A stretch of DNA of 64,000 nucleotides, from the UHGV virus genome UHGV-1579991, one strand, 5' to 3'. This stretch comes from a virus. Positions 9,381 through 20,180 of the stretch are shown here, piece after piece. Each line of letters begins with the position of its first letter. The first letter of the stretch is position 1. A program made the position numbers and the translations under genes. The notes under the pieces were generated by a model, which worked only from the letters and a program-made list of their open reading frames with translations, made no database searches and had not been told where the DNA came from.

Positions 9381-9612
9381 CGTCTTCTTCTGTTAAATCA
9401 TTTTCTTCTACCAATGTGTCAGTTGTGTCAATATCTGGAAATTCGTAGTTGTTAGGTCGTTTTACGCTAATGTCATGCAAATGCTTCATAAGTTCATCAC
9501 GAGTCATAAAGAACGTGTTATTATTGTCATTTGCATACATTAAAGACTTTGCTGTAGATTCATATGTAGTTGCCGTGCACATATACAACGGCAAGCCATT
9601 CAGTGTTGGCAT
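9373..9612 (-). CDS. hypothetical protein (acidic C-terminus)
   Basis: 79 aa ORF, co-oriented, overlaps ligase start by 8 nt. Confidence 0.35.
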   Translation of the reverse strand: MPTLNGLPLYMCTATTYESTAKSLMYANDNNNTFFMTRDELMKHLHDISVKRPNNYEFPDIDTTDTLVEENDLTEEDDD

Positions 9613-9613
9613 T

Positions 9614-10057
9614 TCATTGCAATTGTTTTTGATACGCTATCAATTCATTAAGCAGTTCATCTGCATGACATTGAACAAGTAGTTGCCACGTTTTTGAATC
9701 AATGTCTTCAGTTTGCATGTACAAGTCTACTACTCGTTTGTCAAACTTGTTTATTGCATCTATAGTAGCATTACTTACAGGCTTGTCAACTTTCTTACCG
9801 CTGATAAAAGACCATTTTGGCTGTCTTGCATTACTAAGTTCTCTATGATAAGCATTCATAACTTGTGTCATGTCCATACCGAGTTTGTTGAATGCTTGAG
9901 CAATCTGCGGAAAGGCTATGGCAACATTGCGATTTGTCATGAATGCATTGTCTGCTTTTTGTTTTGCAGTCAACTTATCATAATCGCTATCACGAACATA
10001 CAGCAACTCCTTAAATTTGAAGAAGTCTACTTTTTGTGTGATGAATTGTTCTGCCAT
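9614..10057 (-). CDS. hypothetical protein
   Basis: 147 aa ORF; preceded by the recurring upstream motif ATACAAC-N11-ATTTGCA at about 10080-10110. Confidence 0.45.
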   Translation of the reverse strand: MAEQFITQKVDFFKFKELLYVRDSDYDKLTAKQKADNAFMTNRNVAIAFPQIAQAFNKLGMDMTQVMNAYHRELSNARQPKWSFISGKKVDKPVSNATIDAINKFDKRVVDLYMQTEDIDSKTWQLLVQCHADELLNELIAYQKQLQ

Positions 10058-10111
10058 TGAAGTTTATTGTTATATAGTGATATAATACAACAAAAATCTC
10101 AAATTTGCACA

Positions 10112-10621
10112 CTACGATGGCTTTTTGTCATCAAATTTGAAAATGACTGGCATTGCAGAATCAGGCTTTATGTCGCCTTTGTTAACTGCGTCATTTAAGC
10201 ATTCTACAATCTTTTTGCCAAGGTCTTTTACTTCTGCAGGAATTTTCTCGTATGGCACATTTGATGACAGTTGAAGCTCATTTTGCTGATGCTCGTTTTG
10301 TTGAAGCTCTGCTGTTTCAGATAGCTGCTTGTCAATTCGAGTAAACATCAATTCATCACGTGCATCAATAAATTCTTGAATTGCTTGCAGCTGCTCAATG
10401 CTGCATATGACAACACATTGCAATAAGTTTGATGCATCATAGAATGACATGCCAATAATTCGTGTAGTGTCACAATCGAATGCGCAATTGATGTCTTTCA
10501 ATGTGTCCATAAATGACATTGATAAGTCTTCAATGCCTGATACATCTGCAATGCTGAACACAAATTGTGTGCTGCCAACGCATTCATGCTCATCTGAAAA
10601 TATGAGCTTATCTACTGTCAT
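10112..10621 (-). CDS. hypothetical protein
   Basis: 169 aa ORF. Confidence 0.45.
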   Translation of the reverse strand: MTVDKLIFSDEHECVGSTQFVFSIADVSGIEDLSMSFMDTLKDINCAFDCDTTRIIGMSFYDASNLLQCVVICSIEQLQAIQEFIDARDELMFTRIDKQLSETAELQQNEHQQNELQLSSNVPYEKIPAEVKDLGKKIVECLNDAVNKGDIKPDSAMPVIFKFDDKKPS

Positions 10622-10833
10622 TTCGTAGTTGCTTTTGTGATGATGCCCTTTGCAAGCATCTTTTTGTATGTGTCATAGCCGATAATGTCAATTGTTGTGT
10701 CGTTTACTCGCCGAACAATCAACTCTGCTTTATCTGCAGCAGACATGATGTTATCTGCAGCTTCTTTGTTTGCAGTGATAGCAGACCATTTACCATTACC
10801 GAGCTTAGTTATGTTTGCTTTGATTGATGTCAT
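10618..10833 (-). CDS. hypothetical protein
   Basis: 71 aa ORF, overlaps neighbour by 4 nt (translational coupling pattern). Confidence 0.35.
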   Translation of the reverse strand: MTSIKANITKLGNGKWSAITANKEAADNIMSAADKAELIVRRVNDTTIDIIGYDTYKKMLAKGIITKATTK

Positions 10834-10838
10834 TGTTG

Positions 10839-12182
10839 TCAGAATTGAAACATGTTATTGATAAATGCGTCGCCAAACTGCGCATCTGCAGCTTTTGACG
10901 TTGTGTCATACGTTGCTGCATTGATGCCAAGTGCAGTTATTGTTGATTGCGCATCTACAAGTTCATACACTTTGCAGCTCGGCTTTGTAATGTCTGTAAA
11001 CGACATTGTGTACATGAAGTTTTCAAAGATATGTCTTGGTACTTCACGTGCATTCAAACATGCAAGTTGTCTATTTTCTGCAAATCGCGCCTTGAGCCAT
11101 TCAAAGTCATCTGCAGGTACTGAGTCAACATTCATGAATGTCTTATATGCTGCAGTCAAAAACATTGCAATGACTTCGTCATCATACAAATCTTCACCAA
11201 GCATATATCGCATGCCAGGTTCCAACTGTTTTGCATTGTTAGTTTCAATACCAAGAGACTTCAATGCATCGTAGATTTGGCCTACAGATAAATGCGACCA
11301 ATTGTTGCCACGTTTCTTGAGCTTGCCAAACAATTCTGGGATGTTGTCACCAGCATCACCAAGCACAATCTTGTAAAACAAGAAACTTGGCACATGTTCA
11401 TGAATCTCAGCATCAACATACTCAAGCAATGCTGCATATGGGTTGTCAAGAATACGTGTTTTAACTTGAGCACCAGCAAAGCTGTCGAAGATGCTGCCGC
11501 CGACATTCTGCGACTTTTCACCAGCAAGTTCTTTGATGTGTTCAAGCACAAACTTGTCGCCCATCAGTACTCGAGACTTCTGCCACCCATTTGCTTTGCA
11601 GCCATTTTTGATGATTGCATATGCTGAACATGCGCCAGTGTTTGTGTTGACACATACACATTGAGTCAAGTCTTTATCAGTGCCTTGATACAGCACATTG
11701 CGGCCTTTTGATGTTGCATATCTACTAAGCATGAAGATGACATCATCAGCCTCTGCTTCAGAAAGCTTGATGTGACGAATGCCATGTACTTCTTGCATCA
11801 ACTTAAGCCATTCAAAATATACACCATAAACTTTGAGCCAGTTGATTGTCTGGTCATACGTTCGAGTGCCTTTGTAACCAGCATCTTCACCTTGTTCAAA
11901 GCCTTCTCTTGTCAAATATTGATGCTTTGAGCGCCACAAATTCGACTTTTTGTCATCGACAGCAATAATGACATCATCAACGACATCTTCAAGTCTACGA
12001 AGCTCATTACAAAGGTCGAGCGTTAACTTGGATATCAAAGACAGTCTTGATGCATTCTCATTCTTTTCGAATGACAAGTCTGTACCTGATTTTGCTAATA
12101 CTGGCACTCTGCTCTTAACCCACCAGCTCCCGTCAATTACGTAAATGAACTTGTGATTATGAGTATTGTCAAGCTTTGTCAT
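10839..12182 (-). CDS. 5'-3' exonuclease / flap endonuclease (RNase H-like)
   Basis: 447 aa; FEN/5'-3' exonuclease-like motifs (IYVIDGSWW, GYKGTR, SEAEADDVIFMLS, QGTDKDLTQ). Confidence 0.65.
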   Translation of the reverse strand: MTKLDNTHNHKFIYVIDGSWWVKSRVPVLAKSGTDLSFEKNENASRLSLISKLTLDLCNELRRLEDVVDDVIIAVDDKKSNLWRSKHQYLTREGFEQGEDAGYKGTRTYDQTINWLKVYGVYFEWLKLMQEVHGIRHIKLSEAEADDVIFMLSRYATSKGRNVLYQGTDKDLTQCVCVNTNTGACSAYAIIKNGCKANGWQKSRVLMGDKFVLEHIKELAGEKSQNVGGSIFDSFAGAQVKTRILDNPYAALLEYVDAEIHEHVPSFLFYKIVLGDAGDNIPELFGKLKKRGNNWSHLSVGQIYDALKSLGIETNNAKQLEPGMRYMLGEDLYDDEVIAMFLTAAYKTFMNVDSVPADDFEWLKARFAENRQLACLNAREVPRHIFENFMYTMSFTDITKPSCKVYELVDAQSTITALGINAATYDTTSKAADAQFGDAFINNMFQF

Positions 12183-12538
12183 TGTCTGAATGCTTTTGCA
12201 ATTGCTGATGTTGAGAGCATTGGCACACTACCATTTTTGAAGCGAGGCTTTTTGTTTGACAACGACCACTTTTGCTTATGCCACTTTGAACAGCTTGTGC
12301 CACGATTTGTTACATCTGCGCCGGACCTTGAGCACTTGAGTCGGAAATCTTGTGCAGATGTGCCATGCTTCTTTATTGAATGTTGACAATTATAACAGCA
12401 TTTATCGTGTCGTTCTACTGGATATCTCATGTCATTCAATGATAAGTGTATGACCAACTTCTTTCGCAAATGATACAATGCAGCCAAACAATTGCGGGTC
12501 GCACCAAGGTTTGATGAACTGCTGCCACCAGTGAACAT
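12179..12538 (-). CDS. hypothetical Cys-rich protein (start uncertain)
   Basis: 119 aa track ORF overlapping the upstream gene by about 100 nt; a shorter product from an internal Met is more likely. Confidence 0.3.
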   Translation of the reverse strand: MFTGGSSSSNLGATRNCLAALYHLRKKLVIHLSLNDMRYPVERHDKCCYNCQHSIKKHGTSAQDFRLKCSRSGADVTNRGTSCSKWHKQKWSLSNKKPRFKNGSVPMLSTSAIAKAFRQ

Positions 12539-12899
12539 CAGATGACACCATCATTTCTTTGACAAGGTCTTCCTTTTCCCTGTCAAGATATGCAATATCA
12601 CCCAACGCAAACATTGACTTCAAGATATTATCATCACTCATGTCAAACTTGCCAAGCCCTTGTTCGTCAACTTTTCGTGCAACTTTGATTGCATCGGGCA
12701 GCTTACATGCGCCATTTGCGCACAAACATGCTGCAAGAATTACAAATGCAGGCTTCTTATCCTGTGCAAGTCTGTATGCCCAATTGCGTGTAGCAGGAAA
12801 GTTTGGCACTCTGATGTCTACACCTTGAGGCAGATTGGATTCTTTAACTGCTTTAAGCTTGGCATCACTGCCAACCATGCCCATCTTTATTTGTGTCAT
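12432..12899 (-). CDS. hypothetical protein
   Basis: 155 aa ORF. Confidence 0.45.
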   Translation of the reverse strand: MTQIKMGMVGSDAKLKAVKESNLPQGVDIRVPNFPATRNWAYRLAQDKKPAFVILAACLCANGACKLPDAIKVARKVDEQGLGKFDMSDDNILKSMFALGDIAYLDREKEDLVKEMMVSSDVHWWQQFIKPWCDPQLFGCIVSFAKEVGHTLIIE

Positions 12900-13026
12900 A
12901 TATCAATCTTGGTCAAGAAATTGTTCTTCGTCATTTGGTTGTTTCTTTGTCGACTCATCGACATTGTCTGCATCAAGCCACTTGTCATCTTGCTCGACTG
13001 TTCCAGTATCTGGTGTGTTCATATTG

Positions 13027-13422
13027 TTATCGGTTCTTTGAAAATGAAACTTGCGTTGATTGCTGTGGTCGAACATCAACAAACACTGAATCTACTGCGT
13101 CAAACTTAAGCGTAGCAAGTGAATCAATTGTTTGCCTTGCTTTTTGCAAATTGCGTGCTTTGATGCCTGATACTGTTGCAGATTTTTCAAGCAGATATGC
13201 ATCACGAGGCGTCCAGTAGCGAGCCTGCCAACGCATATGCATAGAGTCGACAACCAAATTTTCTGCTGCAGCATCAATAATTGCTGCAGTTGATTGCTGA
13301 GTTGCATCAAGTCGTTGCTGCAATACTGCTAATTGCTTTGTGTGCTGCTGTTGATGTTTGAATACTATGCTGATTGCTCCAAATAAGAGAAACCATGCAA
13401 TAAAACGCAAAAATGACTTCAT
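13027..13422 (-). CDS. hypothetical membrane-anchored or secreted protein
   Basis: 131 aa; hydrophobic N-terminus MKSFLRFIAWFLLFGAISIVF. Confidence 0.45.
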   Translation of the reverse strand: MKSFLRFIAWFLLFGAISIVFKHQQQHTKQLAVLQQRLDATQQSTAAIIDAAAENLVVDSMHMRWQARYWTPRDAYLLEKSATVSGIKARNLQKARQTIDSLATLKFDAVDSVFVDVRPQQSTQVSFSKNR

Positions 13423-14462
13423 GATTGCTGCACGAATTTTGAGAGCTCGAATGACAATGCGAGCATTGTTATGAATTGGTCAATTGACTGTTTAGACTCT
13501 ACACTGTATTTGTGAGCTGCAATGACAATGTCTCCAAGTCGTGCAACAAAACCAGGCGTATTCTTTGAGAGCTTTGCATAGCACCAATTTGCAAAGTCAG
13601 TTGAGAGAGCATTGATGACTTCAGTTTCACGACCTTTGTATTGTGACAATGTTTTGTAAAATTCACGCGGGTCTTTGCATGCGACAATGAAGTCATACAG
13701 TTCTTCAAACTTTGCTGACATGCCCTTTGTGACATGCTCAAGCGTTATATGACGCTCACCTTGATTGAAGACAAAGTAGCAAATGTTCAGAATTTTGCGG
13801 AAGTCTGGATAGTTATCTTGAATTAGCTTGATGAGCGCTTCTTTTTCAATGGTGCATTCATTTTCCTTCAAGATATTGTAGACGCGAACCATGCACTTCT
13901 TCATCAACTGTTCTGCAATATCATCAGAAAAGTCGAATGACAGCATTTTGAGACGAGATTGAGCAATTGATGCATCAATACGGTCTGGATAATTGCAAGT
14001 TGCAATGAAAAACGCAATGCCTGCAAACTCTTCAATGGTGCCTCGCAAAGCCATCTGGCTTTGTGTCGATAGATAATCCATTTCATCAAGCAGCACAACC
14101 TTTACGCCACTTGACGACAATGACATATGCTGACAGAATTCTGAAATTGTGTTGCGAACTGTGTCAATGCCAGAATTCTTTGAGCAGTTGATTTGCAGAA
14201 TTGAACGTCTATCAGTCCACTTCAATGCCAATGCTCTTGCTGCGGTTGTTTTTCCACTTCCTGGTGCTCCTGCGAACAAATAATTTTGCGGCTGACCATT
14301 AAATGCCGCAGCATAATCATCAGGCACAATTAACTCTTCGACTTTTGTTGGCCTGTAGCGTTCTAACCAAGTTCTATCTTTAAGGGATGCCATTTGTTGT
14401 TTGTTGATATATGTAAAAATATTGTACAACAATACTGTCATTTTTGCACAGCATGGCCGCAA
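13419..14462 (-). CDS. sliding-clamp loader subunit (AAA+ ATPase, RFC/gp44-like)
   Basis: 347 aa; Walker A (FAGAPGSGKTTAARALA), Walker B (VVLLDEMD), sensor-like SRL region. Confidence 0.7.
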   Translation of the reverse strand: MRPCCAKMTVLLYNIFTYINKQQMASLKDRTWLERYRPTKVEELIVPDDYAAAFNGQPQNYLFAGAPGSGKTTAARALALKWTDRRSILQINCSKNSGIDTVRNTISEFCQHMSLSSSGVKVVLLDEMDYLSTQSQMALRGTIEEFAGIAFFIATCNYPDRIDASIAQSRLKMLSFDFSDDIAEQLMKKCMVRVYNILKENECTIEKEALIKLIQDNYPDFRKILNICYFVFNQGERHITLEHVTKGMSAKFEELYDFIVACKDPREFYKTLSQYKGRETEVINALSTDFANWCYAKLSKNTPGFVARLGDIVIAAHKYSVESKQSIDQFITMLALSFELSKFVQQS

Positions 14463-15629
14463 TCGTACACAGGCACATAACCAGCGTCAAGCATTTGTTG
14501 TTCATCTACTTCTGCAGTATGCGCAGCATACAGTCGCTTCTTGTAATTCCACCAATGTTTTCTAATAGTCAATTTGTCATTGCATATGACAGGATTTTTT
14601 GACAAGTCTGTGCTATCTACACGTTCATTGCATAAATGCTGTCGTATGATTTCTACAACGTCATCAGGGTTATCCCAATCCCATATTGTAATGCATATGT
14701 AGCCTGCTGTAAGTGCTGCTTGAGTTTTTCTAAAATGTCTATCATTAGGAATTGGCAAATTGCGTTTAGATTTGCCAATTGCATATGCAAAGCCAAATGC
14801 AGCATTATGTGAAAACGATGGGTTGATTTCTATTAGTAGATGCTTATAATGCAAATCATAAGAAAATCTGCCAATATTGACATCATCAAATGTGCAATCA
14901 ATGTTAAGTCGTTGCAGCAAAAAATCATGCCACCAACGATTAACCGTTGTAATGGTGCGCCCATTAGCATGCCGACAACGCTCAGTCATAACAAACCAAG
15001 GTACACCATAGCGTTCAAGATTTGTTTGCATGCGTTTTGCAGTGCCACCATATTCATCACCGTATCGTAATCTGCGTGTATGAACTGCTTTTAATGGGTT
15101 GCCAGCAGAATTGCCATATCGTAGCATCTTTGTTTGCTGCGCTTTAGCAGTAATTACACCATGGTCAGGATAGTGTTCGCGTATTGTTTGCTGCACTTTA
15201 GTAGCATTCCATGTGCGATAGCCGTACTTGTGTAATTTTGTTTGCTGGGCTTTTTGCATGTTGTTATAATATGGGTCGCCATAGCGTTCTTCTTTAATTT
15301 TGCACATTAACTGTTGGTCGCCAAATGCATTGCCATATTTTGCAAGTTTTGTTGCCTTAAATTTAGTCATGTCGCCAAGCCCATTGCCATATCTTTCTCG
15401 TTTTGTTGCGACACCTTTGTTTGTAAATTCTTTTTAATTGCGCAGTGTTTTCAACACCATATTTACGCAAATTGCTTATACGACTGTTATATGTACGTTT
15501 GCAAATTGTGTATTGTGAGTAGCGTTTATGCTGAGGTCGTTCTTTAGACGCAGTTTGCAATATCACATCTCTTTCCTCTTCAAGTTCTTTTATGCGAGCT
15601 TCAAGAGCTTCTCCAGTTAATGGTTCCAT
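14438..15629 (-). pseudogene. frameshifted member of the homing-endonuclease-like paralog family
   Basis: Track ORFs 15363..15629 (coiled-coil N-terminus, LRKYGVENTAQLK) and 14438..15370 (YG repeats, nuclease-like domain, VYDCGH tail) are the two halves of one paralog in different frames. The second frame stays open upstream to 15433 (KEFTNKGVATKRERYGNGLGDM...), so the shift lies at the A5 run at plus 15429-15436. Confidence 0.6.
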
Positions 15630-15865
15630 ATGTCATTTGTGTAAATGTCAACAAAAATAGCGCAGCAGTGTAATCTCACGACTAACTGCTGCGCTTGAAC
15701 ATTGTGCTATGAAAGAATGACCATCCCAAACACCCAAACAAGCACAAATGTTCCGACACAAGAAAACGGAAGAACCCGAAAGAAGCGAGGAGCACGCTTT
15801 GTTTGTGACTGGATTATGTTATCAATGTATGTACTTATAGGGTGTTTGTTCGTGGGTTCTTGTCA

Positions 15866-18800
15866 TCAAAAGCCTCGATTCATCAGTTCATCAGCAAGTC
15901 GTTCAAGTTCAGTAGCAGCTTTTTGTCGCTTGGCTTCTCTTTCTGCTTCAACATCTGCTTTGCTTACTGGCGATTCCAAGTCTTTTGCAGGTGCATCTTC
16001 AATAACAGTCAAATTGTTGTCATCAAACTTGTTGTCAATGTCAACTCGTTTGAATGATATGATGCCTGATGACACCTGAGCTTCTACTTGTTGTTTGTCA
16101 AATACAAGACTACTAATCGTTGATTGCAGTTTTGTAGATGCCAGCAATCGTTCTGTGTTATCTGCAAAAATGTCATCAGTAAACAATACATGCAGCATTT
16201 GAGCAATCGAATCACGACTTCTGCTGTAGCCACTGTCAAATGCAGGCAACTGCTTAATTGCATAGATGTCGCCATCATGTACAGTAATTGCATTGAACAT
16301 GCGTCTTGCAATTGATGCCACCGAATCAAGTACATCTGGTGATTGCGGCGTGTAGCCTCGTGAATCAAAGTATATGAGTGCAGAGTTCTTAACAATTTGA
16401 TCGACTACTTCTGATGCAATTGAGACTGCATCTTTGCTGTTATTGAAGACATCATTTAGCATATATGACACAATCTTGATGTTCGACTCATGCATTGTGC
16501 CACTTGAGCCAGCATCAAATATTGACACTGCGTCTTTGATTGATTTGAGTCTTGCAAGTCGATACATGTCTTTGTTATCAATGACATACATATCGATAGT
16601 CTTCATAATTGTGTCGAACAAGTAATGATGCGATAGTGTTCGCAATGCATGTCGCCAATCATCAAATACTCGTCTGTCTTCTACAAGATATGCAAGCTTG
16701 CCATTTTTCTTGACAAGTTCAAATCTGTCTGATTCTTGAATTTGCTCTGCCGGCAAATTCATGATGACTTCGAATGTAGCCTGATTGACAAATGATGCAA
16801 ACATTTTGCCAATCTTGCTGTTCTTTTCTTGACGGTACTCTGCTCGAGCTTCTTTTGCAGCATTGAGAACTTGAGCAATCATCATGTCATCTGCAACAAC
16901 ATCTTGCACGACTTTGCATTCATAGCCATACGATGACAATGTGTTCTGAATGATGACAAGCTGAGTAGCCCATTGTCGCCATTTCTGCTCAAACATATTG
17001 AGCTTATACGCAGTCAAGTGAATCTTGATTTCACCTGTGTACGGGTCACGATAAAAGTACGGTGCATTGAATGCCCATTCAAAGAAATCAAAGAGACTTC
17101 TTGAGTCATTGCGCTTTGTCTGCATTTGCAAAATGTCCCAGAATGTCAACTTTTCAACATTTGTTAATGTCAAGTCAAGCTCATCATATGCAGTGATGTT
17201 TCGTGGGTCACCATTCGCTTTTGTCATACTGAAATACACATATGACTGAATGGATATTTTGCGAAGTCGTGAGTTGAACTGCTCAATTTCTTGACCAGTG
17301 AATGCCTCGTCATAAATGACATCGAATTCGTAGCTGTCATTGATATCAATGCCAACTGACAAGTAATTTGTGCAGAATAGCAGTTCAATATCACCGATTG
17401 TGCCAGATTCATTGATTGATTGAACAAAGTCATGCATTGCATTGTCACGCTTGTAGTACTTGACTTTTGGATTTCTGCCAAGCATCATTCGAACTGCACC
17501 AACAATTGCATGAGTAAATGCATCGCCTTTGTTTGTTGGGAACAGAATTCGTTTGCCTGCTTTAATTGCTGTTGAGATATGTGATGCAAGTTTTGTAATC
17601 TTGTCGCCGTCATGTTTGCAGCAGACAAATCTGACACCTTTGTTGTAATTAAGTGGCTTATCGCAGAATACGACAGTATCAAAATGACAGAACATGTGTT
17701 CAGCTACAGGTGTGCCTGTCATCAAAATGACTTTTGTCTGTAACTTTGTTAAGTTGTCAATCACATTTGCAGGTACAACATCACGATATGCAGACATTGT
17801 CAACAAGTGCGACTCGTCGACGACGACGTAGTCATATAAAATTGACACTTCCTCTGGGTCAGCTAATGTAAATTTATCGAATGTCAAAGCTACATTGACA
17901 TGCTTAGACAATTCAAGACCACGCTGACCAAATGAGCAATACATGCCAAGGTCTGACATCTCAATCTTTGATTGCAAGATTGATGTGTATGGTTCAATCA
18001 GCATGACTCGTTTTCCATCACGAGTAAGCTGTTTGATGAATTCTGTCTTGCCTGAACCTGGTCGTGCAATCAAATAGTTGATGCCAGTTACAAATGCTTC
18101 TTCAAGTTCATGCTTGTATGTCGACAAATACTCATTTTCTGCAAGTTTGAAGACATGCGTATGTCGAAGTTCAAAGTCTTTTTGCTGTGCAACTTTCGAC
18201 ATAATGTATTGACTGATTGCGTCTTCTGTATTGTGTTCAGCAATCAGTTCATTGACAGTTACAGACGACTTGTTAGCAAACTTGAATTTGAAGCCATGTT
18301 TTTCACGAAGTTCTTTGACAGATGACCATACACATGGACAAGTGCCTGCTGCATTACGTTCAACTGCAGACCTGAATGAGTTTGCCCAGCTGTTATGCTC
18401 TGCATTGAACTTTGGATTGCCCGAACACATTTGCAAGAACATTTGCAACACATGTTGATATTGTGCAGAAGTCGTTGATTGCAAATCATATAAAAATGCT
18501 AAAGTATATGCAAGTCTGTATCTACCAGTGTTATCGTAGTTTTGTGGAGTGATTGTGAGCATTGTGCCCTCTTCAATCATTGTGATGTCGTCACGTTGAG
18601 TAAAGACTTGCTCGCCGTCAGTCATTGCAGTCATATGAGACTTCGGTGCATAATCAAAACGACCACGAAGTCTATCAAACATTGTCTTCAGTTTGTCGAT
18701 GCAGAATTTTGCATCAACTGAAGCATAAATGCTAACATCAAACTCTGGTTGCTCAATGAATTGCGCGTTTTGATTGATGATGACATCTTTATCTCGTGCA

Positions 18801-19465
18801 ACAAATAGTGGCTGACTAATTTTGCAAACAGACGCATCAACTACTCGAGATTCAGACATTTGACCTGACTTTTCAAGTCGTCTTGACAATGTATTGTTGA
18901 CAGGATGCACTTCTCGAGCCATGTCATGATTGCCCTCTGATTCAAGCTGGTCACTCAGCAACACAAGGCATTTCCAAATGACATACAGTTTTGCCTCATA
19001 TGCATCAAGATATACTTTCTTTGCTGCAGAAGCATTTTCAGATGACACAAATACAGCATCTTCAGTTTGAATTGACAGAGGCTTTGAGATTGTATAGACG
19101 TGCAAGCCTGAACCAGAAGTCGACTTAAGCACAGCAACACACCACGGATATTTGCAAAGCATTGCAGCCAAACGTGGTTTAATGACTTCTACAAGTTCTT
19201 TTGAGTGAAAGTCCAAATCGACTGGCTGTAAGCCTGACCAAGTCAAGTAGTCATGAACTTGTTGTTTTGGTCGAGCAAACATTGTCGATTGCGACACAAA
19301 GGGACGATGCGCTTTATCTACTGTGTCAAGTGACTCATCATTTGCAACTTTCATGATGAGGTCATACAATGAAATTTGTTGCTTATTGACAGTGTCTTCT
19401 GTTTTACGAACACTGTCGCCCATCATGAACTTTATGCCACTGAGCAAATCTTTGACGTTTGACAT
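15866..19465 (-). CDS. putative DNA helicase (DExH box; possibly primase-helicase)
   Basis: Track ORF 15866..19561; start moved to ATG at 19465 (MSNVKDLLSG) to avoid overlap with the upstream gene. Walker A ARPGSGKTEF, Walker B/DExH VVVDESHLLT. Confidence 0.6.
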   Translation of the reverse strand: MSNVKDLLSGIKFMMGDSVRKTEDTVNKQQISLYDLIMKVANDESLDTVDKAHRPFVSQSTMFARPKQQVHDYLTWSGLQPVDLDFHSKELVEVIKPRLAAMLCKYPWCVAVLKSTSGSGLHVYTISKPLSIQTEDAVFVSSENASAAKKVYLDAYEAKLYVIWKCLVLLSDQLESEGNHDMAREVHPVNNTLSRRLEKSGQMSESRVVDASVCKISQPLFVARDKDVIINQNAQFIEQPEFDVSIYASVDAKFCIDKLKTMFDRLRGRFDYAPKSHMTAMTDGEQVFTQRDDITMIEEGTMLTITPQNYDNTGRYRLAYTLAFLYDLQSTTSAQYQHVLQMFLQMCSGNPKFNAEHNSWANSFRSAVERNAAGTCPCVWSSVKELREKHGFKFKFANKSSVTVNELIAEHNTEDAISQYIMSKVAQQKDFELRHTHVFKLAENEYLSTYKHELEEAFVTGINYLIARPGSGKTEFIKQLTRDGKRVMLIEPYTSILQSKIEMSDLGMYCSFGQRGLELSKHVNVALTFDKFTLADPEEVSILYDYVVVDESHLLTMSAYRDVVPANVIDNLTKLQTKVILMTGTPVAEHMFCHFDTVVFCDKPLNYNKGVRFVCCKHDGDKITKLASHISTAIKAGKRILFPTNKGDAFTHAIVGAVRMMLGRNPKVKYYKRDNAMHDFVQSINESGTIGDIELLFCTNYLSVGIDINDSYEFDVIYDEAFTGQEIEQFNSRLRKISIQSYVYFSMTKANGDPRNITAYDELDLTLTNVEKLTFWDILQMQTKRNDSRSLFDFFEWAFNAPYFYRDPYTGEIKIHLTAYKLNMFEQKWRQWATQLVIIQNTLSSYGYECKVVQDVVADDMMIAQVLNAAKEARAEYRQEKNSKIGKMFASFVNQATFEVIMNLPAEQIQESDRFELVKKNGKLAYLVEDRRVFDDWRHALRTLSHHYLFDTIMKTIDMYVIDNKDMYRLARLKSIKDAVSIFDAGSSGTMHESNIKIVSYMLNDVFNNSKDAVSIASEVVDQIVKNSALIYFDSRGYTPQSPDVLDSVASIARRMFNAITVHDGDIYAIKQLPAFDSGYSRSRDSIAQMLHVLFTDDIFADNTERLLASTKLQSTISSLVFDKQQVEAQVSSGIISFKRVDIDNKFDDNNLTVIEDAPAKDLESPVSKADVEAEREAKRQKAATELERLADELMNRGF

Positions 19466-19532
19466 ATTTTGTTGATGCTTTTGTTTGGTCAAAATTATAT
19501 TGAATATGATACAACACTTGTGACATTTTTGC

Positions 19533-20174
19533 TTAGAATGCGACACCGACATGTGCGCCAATCATAGCAGCTTTTGAGTCAACTTGCTTCATGCAGCCAG
19601 CATCAATACCGACACGCCATTGTAAACTACCTTTGCCAAATTGACGAGTGTATGACAGCCAATACATGTCAATTGATTGCTTGTCAAATGTGCCAAATGC
19701 ATAATGAAAGTCTACATTATTTCGTGGCGCATCATGGTCAATGACTTTAATTGTCGTAGTTTGCACTTCACGAATGACTGTGTCTGCTTTGAACATCAAA
19801 ACGTCCCAATCACGTTGCTTAATTGCGTTTTGTGTGACATAGTCTTTTATTGCTATTTGCAGTTTGTCTGACTTCAATGTGTCTGCGTACTCATATTGTG
19901 CAAAGTAGTCATTAACATAATGCATAAGCTTTGTTGTGTCAATGTCAACTACAAGAGTCGTGTCACAATACACTGGCACTGGTATTGTCTTGCCAGGTAT
20001 ATGAACTGTGTCGTGTTTAATGAATGTGTCAACTTTGACAATTGGCTCTGCATTTATAGCATCTTGATATGTTTGCCAGTCTTTTGGGCTGACAAAATGC
20101 CAATCTTTGAAAATCATGACAGCAGTCAATACAATGACTGCTGTCATGACTATGATTTTGAGTGTCTTCAACAT
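19533..20174 (-). CDS. hypothetical protein with N-terminal transmembrane segment
   Basis: 213 aa; N-terminus IIVMTAVIVLTAVMIF. Confidence 0.45.
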   Translation of the reverse strand: MLKTLKIIVMTAVIVLTAVMIFKDWHFVSPKDWQTYQDAINAEPIVKVDTFIKHDTVHIPGKTIPVPVYCDTTLVVDIDTTKLMHYVNDYFAQYEYADTLKSDKLQIAIKDYVTQNAIKQRDWDVLMFKADTVIREVQTTTIKVIDHDAPRNNVDFHYAFGTFDKQSIDMYWLSYTRQFGKGSLQWRVGIDAGCMKQVDSKAAMIGAHVGVAF

Positions 20175-20180
20175 GGTTGC

